Assembly: GCA_040880145.1 (NCBI GenBank) | Contig: JBBDIZ010000029.1 | Coordinates: 15,483-79,482, forward strand | DNA length: 64,000 nt | DNA from: Simkaniaceae bacterium | GTDB lineage: Bacteria; Chlamydiota; Chlamydiia; Chlamydiales; JAJFMI01 | Direction of reading: 5' to 3' | Shown: positions 36,945 to 47,870 of the stretch, piece after piece | Numbering within the stretch: the stretch's first letter is position 1 | Layout of the letters: every line of letters starts with the position of its first letter | Program-made: the position numbers and the translations under genes | The notes under the pieces: model-generated | The model's input: only the letters and a program-made list of their open reading frames with translations | What the model was told of the DNA's origin: nothing | The model's database searches: none

Positions 36945-38040
36945 ATGAATGAAGAGATTCGATCTAGTTTAAGTGATCTCGAAAAGAGGTTGGGTGATCT
37001 ATGGAGGTTTCTTTGACCTGGATGTAAAGAGAGACACTCTTCAAAAGCTCGAAAATGAGATGGAACAAGTCTCTTTTTGGGATGACAATCAGGCTGCACA
37101 AAAGACAATTACAATAGCTAATGAGCTAAAGGGATGGATTGAGCCTTATGATGAACTCAATAAACGTTTTTTAAGCTTAGCAGAATTTTTTAAGGAACTC
37201 GATAAAGAGTCTGATCCCGAATTCTTCTCAGAGCTAGAGGTTGAGTTGAGCGCAATCGAGGAGGGGCTTTCAGACCTTGAGATAAAAAAAATGCTTTCCG
37301 GAGAACTCGATAATAAAAATTGTTATTTGAGCATTAATTCTGGAGCCGGGGGTACGGAAGCTTGTGATTGGGCAGAGATGCTTGCGCGTATGTATGAGCG
37401 GTGGGCCCAAAGAAAAAAGTATAAAATTGAAGTGATCGATCGCGTTTCAGGAGACGTTGCGGGCATAAAGAGCGTGACTTATAAGTTCAATGGACCTTTT
37501 GCTTATGGCTATGCTAAAGCGGAAAAGGGGGTGCATCGCTTAGTTCGAATCTCCCCATTTGATAGTCAAGCTAGACGCCACACGAGTTTTGCTTCTGTGG
37601 ATGTGAGCCCTGATATCGAAGATGATATCGAGATTGAGATCAAACCCGACGATGTCAGAATCGATACCTTTCGATCGTCTGGGGCTGGAGGACAGCATGT
37701 CAATGTCACCGATTCTGCAGTTCGCTTGACTCATATTCCGACAAATATTGTCGTAACGTGTCAAAAAGAGCGCTCTCAGCTTCAAAATAAGGAAACCTGT
37801 TTTCAAATGTTGAAATCAAAACTTTACGAGCAAAAGGTTTTAGAGCGGGAGGCCGCCCTTAAAAAAATGGAAGGGGAGAAAAAAGAGATTGCATGGGGAT
37901 CGCAAATCCGCAATTATATCTTTCATCCTTATTCATTAGTGAAAGACACGCGAACCAAGTATGAGGAAGGGCATGTTCAGAAGGTAATGGATGGCGATCT
38001 TGACCCTTTTATTAATGCATACTTAAAGGAATTTGGATAA
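36945..38040 (+). CDS. prfB: Peptide chain release factor 2 with programmed +1 frameshift
   Basis: ATG 36945, 23 codons to CTT-TGA-C (37011-37017) with GGAGG just upstream; +1 frame has SPF and GGQ motifs. Confidence 0.95.
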
Positions 38041-38543
38041 TGGCATTTATCGAAGAAAAAGAGTTTGACATTCGCTACTCAAAGCTTCAAGACGAAGCAA
38101 AATTAAGTCAATGGCTTGAAGACCCGGCAACCCTTCGCTGGTTTCCTCAATCAAGCATGGAAGAGTTAGCGCCTATGGTGCGCAATTGGGTTGGGTTTTC
38201 TCGATTTCGAGCTTCTCTAACAGCTACTTACAAAGAGGAAGTTATTGGGATTGCGACCCTTTTTCTTATGCCTTATCGAAAGGTTGCTCATATGGCGATG
38301 CCTTATTTTGTCGTGGATCCAAAGTTTCGGAGAAAGCAAGTCGGGCACTCTTTGATTAAAAACATTAAACATCTAGCCAAAACGCGATTTAATTTAGAGT
38401 CTCTTTTTTTAGACCTCTATGAGGGATGTCCGGCGATCGAATTTTTGCTCAAACAAGGTTTTACTATCGTAGCTGAGCAGGACAATTTTGTTCATCTCGA
38501 TGGGAAAGAGTATAAACGCGCGATTATGGAGGTAAGGCTATGA
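38040..38543 (+). CDS. GNAT-family acetyltransferase
   Basis: VDPKFRRKQVG acetyl-CoA motif, PA..F...GF. Confidence 0.85.
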   Translation: MAFIEEKEFDIRYSKLQDEAKLSQWLEDPATLRWFPQSSMEELAPMVRNWVGFSRFRASLTATYKEEVIGIATLFLMPYRKVAHMAMPYFVVDPKFRRKQVGHSLIKNIKHLAKTRFNLESLFLDLYEGCPAIEFLLKQGFTIVAEQDNFVHLDGKEYKRAIMEVRL

Positions 38544-39040
38544 GTCAAGAGTTGACTTTTCGATTAACAAAAGAAGAGGATGCTCCGCTTTTAAAATCTT
38601 GGCTGCTCTCTCCGGGGGTCCTCAACTGGTTTCCTCTTGTAACCGATAGAGAGATTGATGATTCGATTCGTTTTTGGATGACCTTTCTTGATAAAAAATG
38701 TTCTATAACTACTTGTCTTGGAAACACACCTGTTGGGATGAGCAATCTCTATCTTCAAAATTATGAAAAGGTCAAACATCAGACCCTTTTTGTTATTTGT
38801 GGAAACCCCGAATATTACAATCGTGGATATGGGGCAGCTCTTTTAAAATATATGATCCAACTTGCTGAAAAAGAGTTTGGTATTACGCTTTTACATCTCG
38901 AAGTGTATGAAGGCAATCCCGCCATTCGTCTTTATGAGCGCTTGGGTTTTGAAAAATATGGATGTCATAAGCGTTTTTTAAAGGATCAAAATGGCGCTTA
39001 TCGTGATAAAATTTTAATGCAAAAAAAGTTAGGTTTATAG
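38540..39040 (+). CDS. GNAT-family acetyltransferase (paralog of the upstream gene)
   Basis: YYNRGYG, LEVYEGNPAIRLYERLGF. Confidence 0.88.
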   Translation: MSQELTFRLTKEEDAPLLKSWLLSPGVLNWFPLVTDREIDDSIRFWMTFLDKKCSITTCLGNTPVGMSNLYLQNYEKVKHQTLFVICGNPEYYNRGYGAALLKYMIQLAEKEFGITLLHLEVYEGNPAIRLYERLGFEKYGCHKRFLKDQNGAYRDKILMQKKLGL

Positions 39041-39044
39041 ATTT

Positions 39045-39755
39045 ATGGCAGGGCATAGTAAGTGGGCAAATATCAAGCATAAGAAAGAGCGGGTAGATGC
39101 CAAAAAGGGAAAAATCTTTTCAAGGCTTGCAAAAGAGATCATTTCAGCGGTTAAGCAAGGGGGCCCGGATCCTAAAAGTAATGCCAAACTTCGCTTAGTA
39201 GTTCAAAAAGCGAAGGCTGCAAATCTACCCAATGACCTCATCGATCGTAATGTTAAGAAGGCCTCTGAGAGCGATAGCAGCGATTACAGTGAAATGACCT
39301 ATGAAATTTATGGGCATGGGGGCGTTGGTTTAATTATTGAGGCCATGACAGATAATAAAAATCGAACGGCTTCTGAAATGCGCATTGCAACCAATAAGAG
39401 GGGAGGCTCTATCGCAACTCCCGGCGCTGTAGCCTTCAATTTTGATCGAAAAGGCGTTATCCAAGTCAATAAAGCAGATGCCCTAGAAGAGGCGCTATTT
39501 CTTCTTGTCACTGATGCGGGTGCTGAGGACTTTACTCAAGAAGACGATCTCTTCATTATTGTGACTCCACCAGATGCACTCTACCAGGTTAAAGAGGTCT
39601 TAGATGCAAAAGAGATCCCGTCTGAGGCGAGTTTAGACTATTTGCCTAAAACGTATGTCGAAGTCGCGGAAGAGCTTCAAAATGCGAACTTAGCGCTTAT
39701 TGAGTGGTTAGAAAATGTCGATGATGTCGATGCGGTTTACCACAACATGTCTTAA
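39045..39755 (+). CDS. yebC: YebC/PmpR-family protein
   Basis: MAGHSKWANIKHKK, YEIYGHGG, TDNKNRT, DDVDAVYHN. Confidence 0.95.
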   Translation: MAGHSKWANIKHKKERVDAKKGKIFSRLAKEIISAVKQGGPDPKSNAKLRLVVQKAKAANLPNDLIDRNVKKASESDSSDYSEMTYEIYGHGGVGLIIEAMTDNKNRTASEMRIATNKRGGSIATPGAVAFNFDRKGVIQVNKADALEEALFLLVTDAGAEDFTQEDDLFIIVTPPDALYQVKEVLDAKEIPSEASLDYLPKTYVEVAEELQNANLALIEWLENVDDVDAVYHNMS

Positions 39756-39784
39756 TAAGGAAATTGGATATCAAAAATTTTTCT

Positions 39785-40372
39785 TTATTTTGCTTTTAAA
39801 AATTTAATCAGTCGAATGGGTGCTAGCGAGAGCATTAACAGACTAAAGAGTGTACTGAGTATAAAGAAATACTTGGGAAAAAGAATCATCGCTAAAAAGA
39901 AAACAAAAGCTTCGGCTCTTTCTATAATCCCCGGGGGTTGGTGTGAAGTTGAATTTTTTTCATTTTCTTTGAAAATTCCAACGATCAGCAATGAAGTCAC
40001 ACAAAGAAGAATGCTTCCCACCATCAATAGTGATGTTAGCGCGCGCGGAATTGGATCATAGAGAAATAAACCCATTACAACTGAAAGTTCTACAATGCGG
40101 TCGCTAAAAATATCAAAGAGAGCTCCTCGATTTGAAATCATATTCAAATGGCGTGCAAGTGAGCCGTCCAAAGTGTCAAAGAAGCCGGAAATCAGGAGGG
40201 TTCCAATTGCCAAATAGGGGTAATTAAAAGCAATTAAGGGGAGCGTAATGATTCCAAAGATGAGCGCTGTAAGGGTGAGGGAGGCGGGTTTTCGTTTCTT
40301 GATAAAGGTGAGTCTTAATAAAGGCTCGATAATGAAGCGCTGATAGGGAGCAAGAAGGCTGCTAGCAAGCAT
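39785..40372 (-). CDS. CDP-alcohol phosphatidyltransferase family protein
   Basis: DTLDGSLAR......GALFDIFSDR signature. Confidence 0.88.
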   Translation of the reverse strand: MLASSLLAPYQRFIIEPLLRLTFIKKRKPASLTLTALIFGIITLPLIAFNYPYLAIGTLLISGFFDTLDGSLARHLNMISNRGALFDIFSDRIVELSVVMGLFLYDPIPRALTSLLMVGSILLCVTSLLIVGIFKENEKNSTSHQPPGIIERAEAFVFFLAMILFPKYFFILSTLFSLLMLSLAPIRLIKFLKAK

Positions 40373-40428
40373 GGGGTTTCCTTAAACTTGTGATCTTCAT
40401 GGGGAATTGATATATTTAAATTATCGTT

Positions 40429-43020
40429 ATGAATCAAGAAAAAAAACGTCTTCTAGAAGATAAAAAAAAGAAAAAGCACTGGCGTCGTTTCGGTCCCTAT
40501 TTAGCTGAACGTCAATGGGGAACGGTTCGAGAAGATTATAGCTCTGATGGGAATGCATGGGACTATTTCACCTATGATGTCGCAAAATCACGAGCTTATC
40601 GTTGGGGTGAAGATGGAATTGGCGGTATTTCAGATAATCACGGTCGGCTTAACTTTGCTTTCAGTTTCTTCAATGGTAATGACTCTCATATCAAAGAGCG
40701 GCTTTTTGGACTCTCCAATAGTCAAGGCAATCATGGGGAAGATATTAAAGAAGAATTCTTTCACCTCGATAATCTTCCAACGCATAGCTACATGCTTTAT
40801 CTTTATAAATATCCAATAAAAGCCTTTCCCTACGAGGAACTGATACAAGAAAATCAAAAGCGCGGGCAAAATGAGCCTGAATTTGAACTCTATGACACGG
40901 GTGTTCTTGATGAGGGAAATTACTTCGATCTCTTTATCGAATACGCAAAAATCACTCCAGATGACCTAGCCATTCGCTTAACTTGTGTCAACCGCTCTTT
41001 AAAGGCTGCTCCACTCCATGTGATTCCAACGATTTGGTATCGCAATACCTGGAGCTTTAAAGAAAATATTAGTCGACCTATCATAAGAGAGGGGGGAGAC
41101 GATCGCGCTTTTATCGATCACTCGACGCTTGGGCGCTATATGTTTTACTTCGAACCCTCAGGTAAGCTCCTTTTTTCAGAGAATGAGACAGGAAAAAAAG
41201 AGGAAATCAATCTTTTTTTTACAGAAAAAAAACCTCTTACTGCAAAAGAGGGGACAAAAGCCGCTTCGGCCTACTCTATAGAACTTGAGCCGGGTGAAGA
41301 GCGCATTTTTTATTTCCGCCTATCCGATCAACTTGATTTAAAAAATCCCCTACATAACCTTAAAAAGATTTTTAATAAACGAAAAAAAGAGGCGGATGAT
41401 TTTTATCAGGCACTTCAGCCAAAGCAGTTATCAACTGATGGTCAAAGCCTGCAAAGACTTGCCTTTGCCGGTCTTTTGTGGAGTAAACAATTCTACTACT
41501 ATGTCGTAGAAGATTGGCTCAAAGGAGATCCTTTAAAACCTCCCCCTCCTGAGGGACATTGCAAAATAAGAAACTTCGATTGGCTCCATCTCTATAATGA
41601 TGACGTTTTGTCTGTTCCGGATAAATGGGAGTATCCTGCCTTTTTTTCTTGGGATACAGCCTTCCATACGATTCCTCTTTCATTGGTCGATCCGGAATTC
41701 GCAAAGAAACAACTGATGCTGCTTACGAGGGAATGGTATATGCATCCTTCTGGGCAACTGCCTGCCTATGAGTGGAATTTTGACGATGTCAACCCGCCGG
41801 TTCACGCGTGGGCCTGTTATCGAGTTTATAAAGTTGAAGAGAAAATGCAAGGCAAGGGCGATCTTCTTTTTTTAGAAAGTGTCTATCAAAAGCTTCTTAT
41901 GAATTTTACATGGTGGGTGAACCGCAAAGATGCCGATGGAAAAAATGTCTTTCAAGGAGGATTTTTAGGACTTGATAACATCAGCGTCTTCAATCGCTCA
42001 GAGCATCTTCCAAAGGAAAGCGCCCTTTATCAATCTGATGCAACCAGTTGGATGGGGATGTATTGTTTGAATATGTTAACCATTGCTTTAGAGCTTGCCA
42101 AATACAACGCCTCTTATGAGGATATGGCAAGTAAATTCTATGAACATTTTCTCTATATTGCGGATGCGATTAATGACCCCTCCCATTCATCCGATTCACT
42201 GTGGGATGAGGAGGATGGCTTCTATTACGATCTACTCATATCAAAAGAGGGAGAAAAGCAGCCTTTAAAGGTGCGCTCGCTCGTTGGCCTCATGCCACTG
42301 CTTGCTGTTGCAACTCTTAAACCCGAAGTTCTTGAAAGAGCAAGAGGCTTTAAAAAACGAATGGATTGGTTTATCGAGCATCGCCATGACTTATGTTCAA
42401 AAACTGCTTGTATGAAAACAAAAGGGGTGGATTCAAGACGGATTTTAAGCCTTGTTAATCAAGAAAAACTCACTCGAATTTTAAAGTACCTGCTAGACGA
42501 AAATGAATTCTTAAGTCCTTATGGGATTCGCTCTATTTCCAAGTATCATCAAGATCACCCCTATGTACTCAAACTCAATGATCATGATCACCGCGTCGAC
42601 TATGAACCTGCTGAATCCACACTCAAGCTCTTTGGAGGCAATTCTAACTGGAGAGGCCCTATCTGGTTCCCGATTAACTTTCTCATTATCGAAGCGCTTC
42701 AAAAATATCACCACTATTTTGGAGAGGGTTTAAGGGTCGAGTGCCCTGCAAATTCAGGAAATTTTCTCAATCTTTGGGAAGTGGCAGCTTTTATTGAAAA
42801 ACGTCTTTTATCTATATTTCAGGAAGATGAGAGTGGAAAGCGTCCTGTATTTGGAAAAAATTCCCTTTATCAGACAGATCCCCACTTTCAATCCTATGTC
42901 CACTTTCATGAATATTTTCATGGCGATACGGGCTCTGGCCTCGGCGCCTCTCATCAAACCGGATGGACAGGGCTCATTGCCAAGCTCATCCAGCAGCTTG
43001 GAGAACACTCGAATGATTAA
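40429..43020 (+). CDS. MGH1-like / GH63-related glucosidase
   Basis: WGTVREDYS, PDKWEYP...WD.AFH, PAYEW, FLGLDNI, NSNWRGPIWFPIN, FHEYFHGD.G.GLGASHQTGWT. Confidence 0.88.
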   Translation: MNQEKKRLLEDKKKKKHWRRFGPYLAERQWGTVREDYSSDGNAWDYFTYDVAKSRAYRWGEDGIGGISDNHGRLNFAFSFFNGNDSHIKERLFGLSNSQGNHGEDIKEEFFHLDNLPTHSYMLYLYKYPIKAFPYEELIQENQKRGQNEPEFELYDTGVLDEGNYFDLFIEYAKITPDDLAIRLTCVNRSLKAAPLHVIPTIWYRNTWSFKENISRPIIREGGDDRAFIDHSTLGRYMFYFEPSGKLLFSENETGKKEEINLFFTEKKPLTAKEGTKAASAYSIELEPGEERIFYFRLSDQLDLKNPLHNLKKIFNKRKKEADDFYQALQPKQLSTDGQSLQRLAFAGLLWSKQFYYYVVEDWLKGDPLKPPPPEGHCKIRNFDWLHLYNDDVLSVPDKWEYPAFFSWDTAFHTIPLSLVDPEFAKKQLMLLTREWYMHPSGQLPAYEWNFDDVNPPVHAWACYRVYKVEEKMQGKGDLLFLESVYQKLLMNFTWWVNRKDADGKNVFQGGFLGLDNISVFNRSEHLPKESALYQSDATSWMGMYCLNMLTIALELAKYNASYEDMASKFYEHFLYIADAINDPSHSSDSLWDEEDGFYYDLLISKEGEKQPLKVRSLVGLMPLLAVATLKPEVLERARGFKKRMDWFIEHRHDLCSKTACMKTKGVDSRRILSLVNQEKLTRILKYLLDENEFLSPYGIRSISKYHQDHPYVLKLNDHDHRVDYEPAESTLKLFGGNSNWRGPIWFPINFLIIEALQKYHHYFGEGLRVECPANSGNFLNLWEVAAFIEKRLLSIFQEDESGKRPVFGKNSLYQTDPHFQSYVHFHEYFHGDTGSGLGASHQTGWTGLIAKLIQQLGEHSND

Positions 43021-43184
43021 CAAGAATACAAAAACATCAAAATCCTAAATTTTGGTAACTATTCACCCCCCCCCCTTTTTTTTTTAAATCTAAAGGGGAC
43101 ATTTCTCTTTGTGGCCTACATAATTAATATTTCTCTTGAAAAAAAAATTAATATATCTTAATATATAAAGAATAAAAAAAGGAG

Positions 43185-44030
43185 ATGGGTTTTATGAGCA
43201 AAGTTTTTAGGCCTTTAGATTGTAATGAAAAATTTTTTCTCGGAGAGAGGTTTTATTGCACCCTAGATAATGAGAACAACCTAGAATATATGGAAGATAC
43301 TCCTTTAAGTAAACTTCAAAAAAAAGAGTTGATAAAAACTGTTGGATTACAAGATTACCGAACAAGAATTTTTTTGATTTTGATACCTACAATTCTACAG
43401 GATATTGAATATATAGTTGAAGAACACCTTAAGGAATTTCTCGAATATTACATAAATTTTTGTAAGGATCGCAAAGACGAGGACAAGTCAAAGGCTGATC
43501 TCAGGGCTGCTTTATCTGACAACAGTTATAAACGCTGTAGCGAAATCCCTAATGCGGCAGCCTTTAATAATATTCCTTTCGTTGTTACTCATTTTAATAT
43601 TACTTTTGACAAAAAAAATCAAAAATTACCATTTTCTAAGATACGTGTTTCCTCAGTAGTTGGAGCTGCAATTAATCAGCTGCCGGAGAATGCAGGGATG
43701 AACAGGCTTTACTCTTACAAGGAGGTATTTGATCACTTTGCCGGCTCGAAGGATTCTGATCTATTTAAAAATGCAAAAACAACAATGAAGAAAATCGAAC
43801 AAATTGCTGAAGAGGCTACTATAACGGCAAATAATAAGTTTGAAGAGAGTATGGCACAAATAAAAGACGATTATAAGATTGAAGTCCTTGATGAGGAGCC
43901 ACCGACTCTTAATGAGGAGCAACCGACTTGTTTTTTAAAAAATATTCTGAACTCTATTTATAATTTCTTTCTTATAATCTTTGGTGTAATCTATATTTTA
44001 TGTGTTTGCTTCATTAATCCTCAGCCTTAG
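43185..44030 (+). CDS. Hypothetical protein with C-terminal transmembrane anchor
   Basis: AGGAG RBS; AT-rich; hydrophobic FFLIIFGVIYILCVCF at the extreme C-terminus. Confidence 0.7.
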   Translation: MGFMSKVFRPLDCNEKFFLGERFYCTLDNENNLEYMEDTPLSKLQKKELIKTVGLQDYRTRIFLILIPTILQDIEYIVEEHLKEFLEYYINFCKDRKDEDKSKADLRAALSDNSYKRCSEIPNAAAFNNIPFVVTHFNITFDKKNQKLPFSKIRVSSVVGAAINQLPENAGMNRLYSYKEVFDHFAGSKDSDLFKNAKTTMKKIEQIAEEATITANNKFEESMAQIKDDYKIEVLDEEPPTLNEEQPTCFLKNILNSIYNFFLIIFGVIYILCVCFINPQP

Positions 44031-46887
44031 AAGAGATAAAGGTTCCAAGTTCTTTTAGACGGTCAACAGAAACATCGCTATAGCGAAAGCCTTTGCCTTC
44101 TGCAGGGGCTCCATCGAGAAGAAAGGCAAGACGGCGTTTGTTTTTTCGTGAAAAAAAGCGATTGGCATCAGCTTTTAGCTGTTTATAAGATTGCTGTTTC
44201 AGCGCATCGATCTGCTTTTGGATATAGTCAAAATCGCCTTTTTCTTTAAACGCTAACTGATACATTTGAAGTGCATATTGAGAGAGATTGGTAGGGGGCG
44301 TTACGAGCTCCTCAATGAGTGAAGATCGAATCTCTTCAAATCGGTTTTCCGGGATTTGAGAGGAAAAGTCTTTTGAATAAGTCTCTAAGAAAAGCTCAAA
44401 TCGAGAGAGAAGATCGAGGGGGTTATGAGTTGAAGATTGCACAGCAAAAAATTGCAATAGTTGAGATTCTTGATTAATGGCCCAGCTCTTTGCAATATAA
44501 GCTGTTTGTTGATTGGTCCTTAGCTCTCTAAAGAAATTTTGGCGAAGCGCTGCCTCTAATATCAGTTGCGAGGCATTGGATTCAAAAGAAAAGTCTCCTT
44601 CTTGAATGGCGAGTAAAAGGGCGTTCCCTTGCATCGGAGTTGTTTCAAAGACCATAAAGGGCCCGGTGTACTCGGGAAGGAAAAGAATTTCTTTCTTATG
44701 TTGCTCATTTTTTGGGTAGGGAGAAAAGGTTAGAGTTGTACGAAGATGATTCCAAAGCAGCTCGGCCGCTTCCTGAGTTAGGTTTCCAACGAGCATGCCT
44801 TCCACATAGGACTGAAGGAAGAGTTTGTCTGAGAAGGAGAGAAAGTCTTCAAATGAGATTTGTCTTGTCGCTTCAACGAGCTCAGTAGTTTTTGGTTCAT
44901 CATTAAATAAAAGATTTGACATAGCTGCTCTTGCCTGCATGAAGGGCATCGCTTTTTCATTATTCTTAAACTCGGTTAAGAGCATGTCTTTGTAAATCTC
45001 AAATTGGTCTTGTGTTGGGGCGACGCGTTTACAATTTTTAAGGATCTCTTCGGTGAGTGCCGGAGCTTTTTCGCTGAATCCATCGACAATTATCCAAAAC
45101 TTCATATCTTGCGAGGCAAAATTCACGTTAAGGTTTGCATCTGAGGCGTCTGAAAGGGTGCTGGATAGGCGCTCTTTCAGAGATTTAATATAGAGCTTTA
45201 AAAGGGCGGTCGATTGAGATGAACCATCGATTAGAGGAGATCGAAAGGAGAGGAGAAAGGTGGAGTTTGGAACTCTGTAGCGTGGATCTTTTGCAAAGTA
45301 GATCTTTCCATAAGCATTATCTTTGATGAGCTCAGGTGCGCGATTACTTGCTTTTAGAAGAGTGAGGTGATCGGGAATGTAGGGGTTGGGCTTGGGTGGA
45401 TAGAGGTTTGGGTTAAGGCTTATTTTTGACCATTCATCAAGTTTTACAGGATCCACTTTTTTTACAAAATATTCACCGCCTAGCCACTTTTCTTTTTTAT
45501 CAGGTTTCACTTGAGTGAGCTTCGGGGAGGCTAATATGAAATAAATCGCTTTTTTAGGAGTTAAAAGTGAGAGGAGCTCACTGACTTTATCTTTGTTAAA
45601 ATGAGTTGGAATTAACGTTTTTTGAGGATAAGTGCTTAAAGGTTCATCCACAAGATTATGGGCGGCTTCTCGAACAAAGTCAAAAGCGGGCTGGCGTGAT
45701 TGGTATTCGTAAGAGATCTCAGTCATCTTTTTCATCTCATCGAAGAGGTAAGAGGGAATGCCGTCTTCTTTAAAGGCAGCAAGCAGCTCAAAAACACGCT
45801 CAATCGCTTTATCGATTTCTAAAACACCATATTTCGTTAGTGAGATGGATATCGTAAATAGACGATTTTCTTTGCTGATTTGTTCACTTCCAGCTACAAG
45901 AGATTCTGCAATTTCTTCTTTTTTTAGAAGAGAGATTAAGGAGCCCTCTCCCTCTTTATTAATCGCATAAGCTAGAAGTTCTGCCGTTTTCGAATCGAGG
46001 TCATGGCTAAATTCTTGGGGAAGTTCAAAGGTTAATTCAAGTTTGCGCATATCTCGGATAGGTGTGATGTAGATTTTATGGCCTTCTTGGTTTTTGCTTG
46101 TCAAGGGGCCAACATTAGGGAGAGTGGGGAGGTCGTTGTTGGTCACAGATGAAAAGTCATCGATAGCGAGTTTCTTGAGCTGATCGATCGATTGATTGGA
46201 ATAAACAACGAGATGCATATTGCGGGCATTGTAATGAGTTTCATACCAAGTTTTTAAAACATTTTGCGGGATATGGCCAAGAGTTTCTGCATTTCCTGTT
46301 GAGAAAAGCGCATTTGGGTGATTGGGATTGCCGGTTTCTTTCAGAATCATCCAATGGCGCCAAAAATCATTTTCGATATTTTTATCATTTTCTTGATCGA
46401 CGGCATGAAGCTCGCGTCCGATGCCGGAGGGCTTAAAGAGGGGGTCGATGAAAAAGTGGGAGAAGCGGTTTAAAGCAGGTGCGATATCGTCATTATTGAT
46501 GGAAAACATGTAGACAGTTCGATCGGGAGCCGTATAGGCGTTGACCATGCCTCCATGATCCATTACAAATTTAAAAAATTCATCCTCTTCAGGATAGGCC
46601 TTATTTCCGAGAAAAAGCATATGTTCTAAAAAGTGGGCTGTTCCTGGAAAATCTTCCGGATCTTGCCAGCTTCCTACTTCAACGCTTAAAGCGGCGCCTG
46701 ATTTATCTACAGAAGGATCGGAGATTAAGAGAGCTTCTAAGCCGTTTTTAAGGCGGATCTTAGCGCTTGATCGCGCTTGAAGCGCAGGGGTTTTGATGGA
46801 GAGCCGGTTTTGGTCATCGATGTTTTGAAAAGGGCTTGCAAAGAGTCCCCCTAAACAGATTATGAGTGATAGAGCGATTTTTTTCAT
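44014..46887 (-). CDS. ptr: Insulinase/pitrilysin M16 metalloprotease
   Basis: Signal peptide; GTAHFLEHMLFLG (HxxEH), NAYT, ELRTNQQ.AY. Confidence 0.92.
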   Translation of the reverse strand: MKKIALSLIICLGGLFASPFQNIDDQNRLSIKTPALQARSSAKIRLKNGLEALLISDPSVDKSGAALSVEVGSWQDPEDFPGTAHFLEHMLFLGNKAYPEEDEFFKFVMDHGGMVNAYTAPDRTVYMFSINNDDIAPALNRFSHFFIDPLFKPSGIGRELHAVDQENDKNIENDFWRHWMILKETGNPNHPNALFSTGNAETLGHIPQNVLKTWYETHYNARNMHLVVYSNQSIDQLKKLAIDDFSSVTNNDLPTLPNVGPLTSKNQEGHKIYITPIRDMRKLELTFELPQEFSHDLDSKTAELLAYAINKEGEGSLISLLKKEEIAESLVAGSEQISKENRLFTISISLTKYGVLEIDKAIERVFELLAAFKEDGIPSYLFDEMKKMTEISYEYQSRQPAFDFVREAAHNLVDEPLSTYPQKTLIPTHFNKDKVSELLSLLTPKKAIYFILASPKLTQVKPDKKEKWLGGEYFVKKVDPVKLDEWSKISLNPNLYPPKPNPYIPDHLTLLKASNRAPELIKDNAYGKIYFAKDPRYRVPNSTFLLSFRSPLIDGSSQSTALLKLYIKSLKERLSSTLSDASDANLNVNFASQDMKFWIIVDGFSEKAPALTEEILKNCKRVAPTQDQFEIYKDMLLTEFKNNEKAMPFMQARAAMSNLLFNDEPKTTELVEATRQISFEDFLSFSDKLFLQSYVEGMLVGNLTQEAAELLWNHLRTTLTFSPYPKNEQHKKEILFLPEYTGPFMVFETTPMQGNALLLAIQEGDFSFESNASQLILEAALRQNFFRELRTNQQTAYIAKSWAINQESQLLQFFAVQSSTHNPLDLLSRFELFLETYSKDFSSQIPENRFEEIRSSLIEELVTPPTNLSQYALQMYQLAFKEKGDFDYIQKQIDALKQQSYKQLKADANRFFSRKNKRRLAFLLDGAPAEGKGFRYSDVSVDRLKELGTFISSKAED

Positions 46888-47870
46888 GGTCCCCTTGTAA
46901 TGCTTAAATAATCTTGATTAACTTGATTCCAAATGCTTAAAGCGCGCTTTTTTCTCTTGCTTTGGCGATCGCTTCCATCCCCATTCCCAAGCGCTTCCAT
47001 ATCGATCTTAGGGCCGCAGCAAATATGGATGGCATGCGATTTTGTTTGCCGCCGCTCGCCTAATTCGATTTGCAAGGTATCAGGTGGAGGTAATATAGCA
47101 TAGGTGCTAAGAGCAAGTGGATAAAAATGAGTGGGTCTTTTTGCCCGTTTGGCCATTAGATAAAACATCTCAATGCTTTGAGGGTCGAAAGGAGCAACCT
47201 CGACAACACCGTCAATATTGGGTCGGTCGCGCCCACCGCTTGGCGCCACATAAATGCTTAGACCGCCCTCTGTTAGAGCTTGGCTCATTAGCTCCATGGT
47301 CTTTTTGTTGTGAAGCTGTTTGCGCAGTTTGTCTTCCGGTGGAGAATCCATGTATTTTTTGGAGTAGATGCAAAGGAGGTTCCTGCCGAGGCTAAAGGGC
47401 ACAGCGAGAGGATCTGTTAAAACGCGCTCTCCTGCGACAAAAGTCAGCTCCTGGGATAAAATAGGGTGTGAGTTTTCGAGTAGGATACTGATTGCCTGGG
47501 GATCGGCCTCAATTTGATGGTTGGCAAAAAAGATGACGTTTTCTTTTTGTTTTAATTTCCTCTCAATCTCATCGAAATATTTGATGCCTTTTACTGAAGA
47601 GTGCTTTAGATCGACTAAAGTACGAATGAAATTATTTCCAAAAGCAAAATAGTCGATTGGTTTTGTGATTTTAAAATGATGGGGCGGAAATTCAAATGGT
47701 TTTTCGATTTGAATTTTGACGTAGCTTACAAAATCTTCGAGGATGCTTTTTGCTGCTTTTTTATCTTTAGCGGCTTCATAAAAAGAAGAGGTAAACGCTT
47801 TTAAATTTTCTCGGTATTGCAAGGTAAGAAAATCAAGCTCGCCGGGTTTATAATTCCAGTTTTTTTCCAT
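46884..47870 (-). CDS. Glycerol-3-phosphate acyltransferase (soluble, plastid-like type)
   Basis: NHQIEADP, VAGERV..DPL..PFS.GRNLLCIYSKK, APSGGRDRP. Confidence 0.88.
   Translation of the reverse strand: MEKNWNYKPGELDFLTLQYRENLKAFTSSFYEAAKDKKAAKSILEDFVSYVKIQIEKPFEFPPHHFKITKPIDYFAFGNNFIRTLVDLKHSSVKGIKYFDEIERKLKQKENVIFFANHQIEADPQAISILLENSHPILSQELTFVAGERVLTDPLAVPFSLGRNLLCIYSKKYMDSPPEDKLRKQLHNKKTMELMSQALTEGGLSIYVAPSGGRDRPNIDGVVEVAPFDPQSIEMFYLMAKRAKRPTHFYPLALSTYAILPPPDTLQIELGERRQTKSHAIHICCGPKIDMEALGNGDGSDRQSKRKKRALSIWNQVNQDYLSITRGP

Noticed and set aside
38040..39040. GNAT pair as a toxin-antitoxin module
   Set aside because: Both genes are GNAT paralogs in the conserved prfB-GNAT-yebC context; no RHH antitoxin
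43902..43909. CCGACTCT match to the putative guide of the 28-kb element
   Set aside because: Only 8 nt, with no TTTAT-like motif upstream; expected by chance
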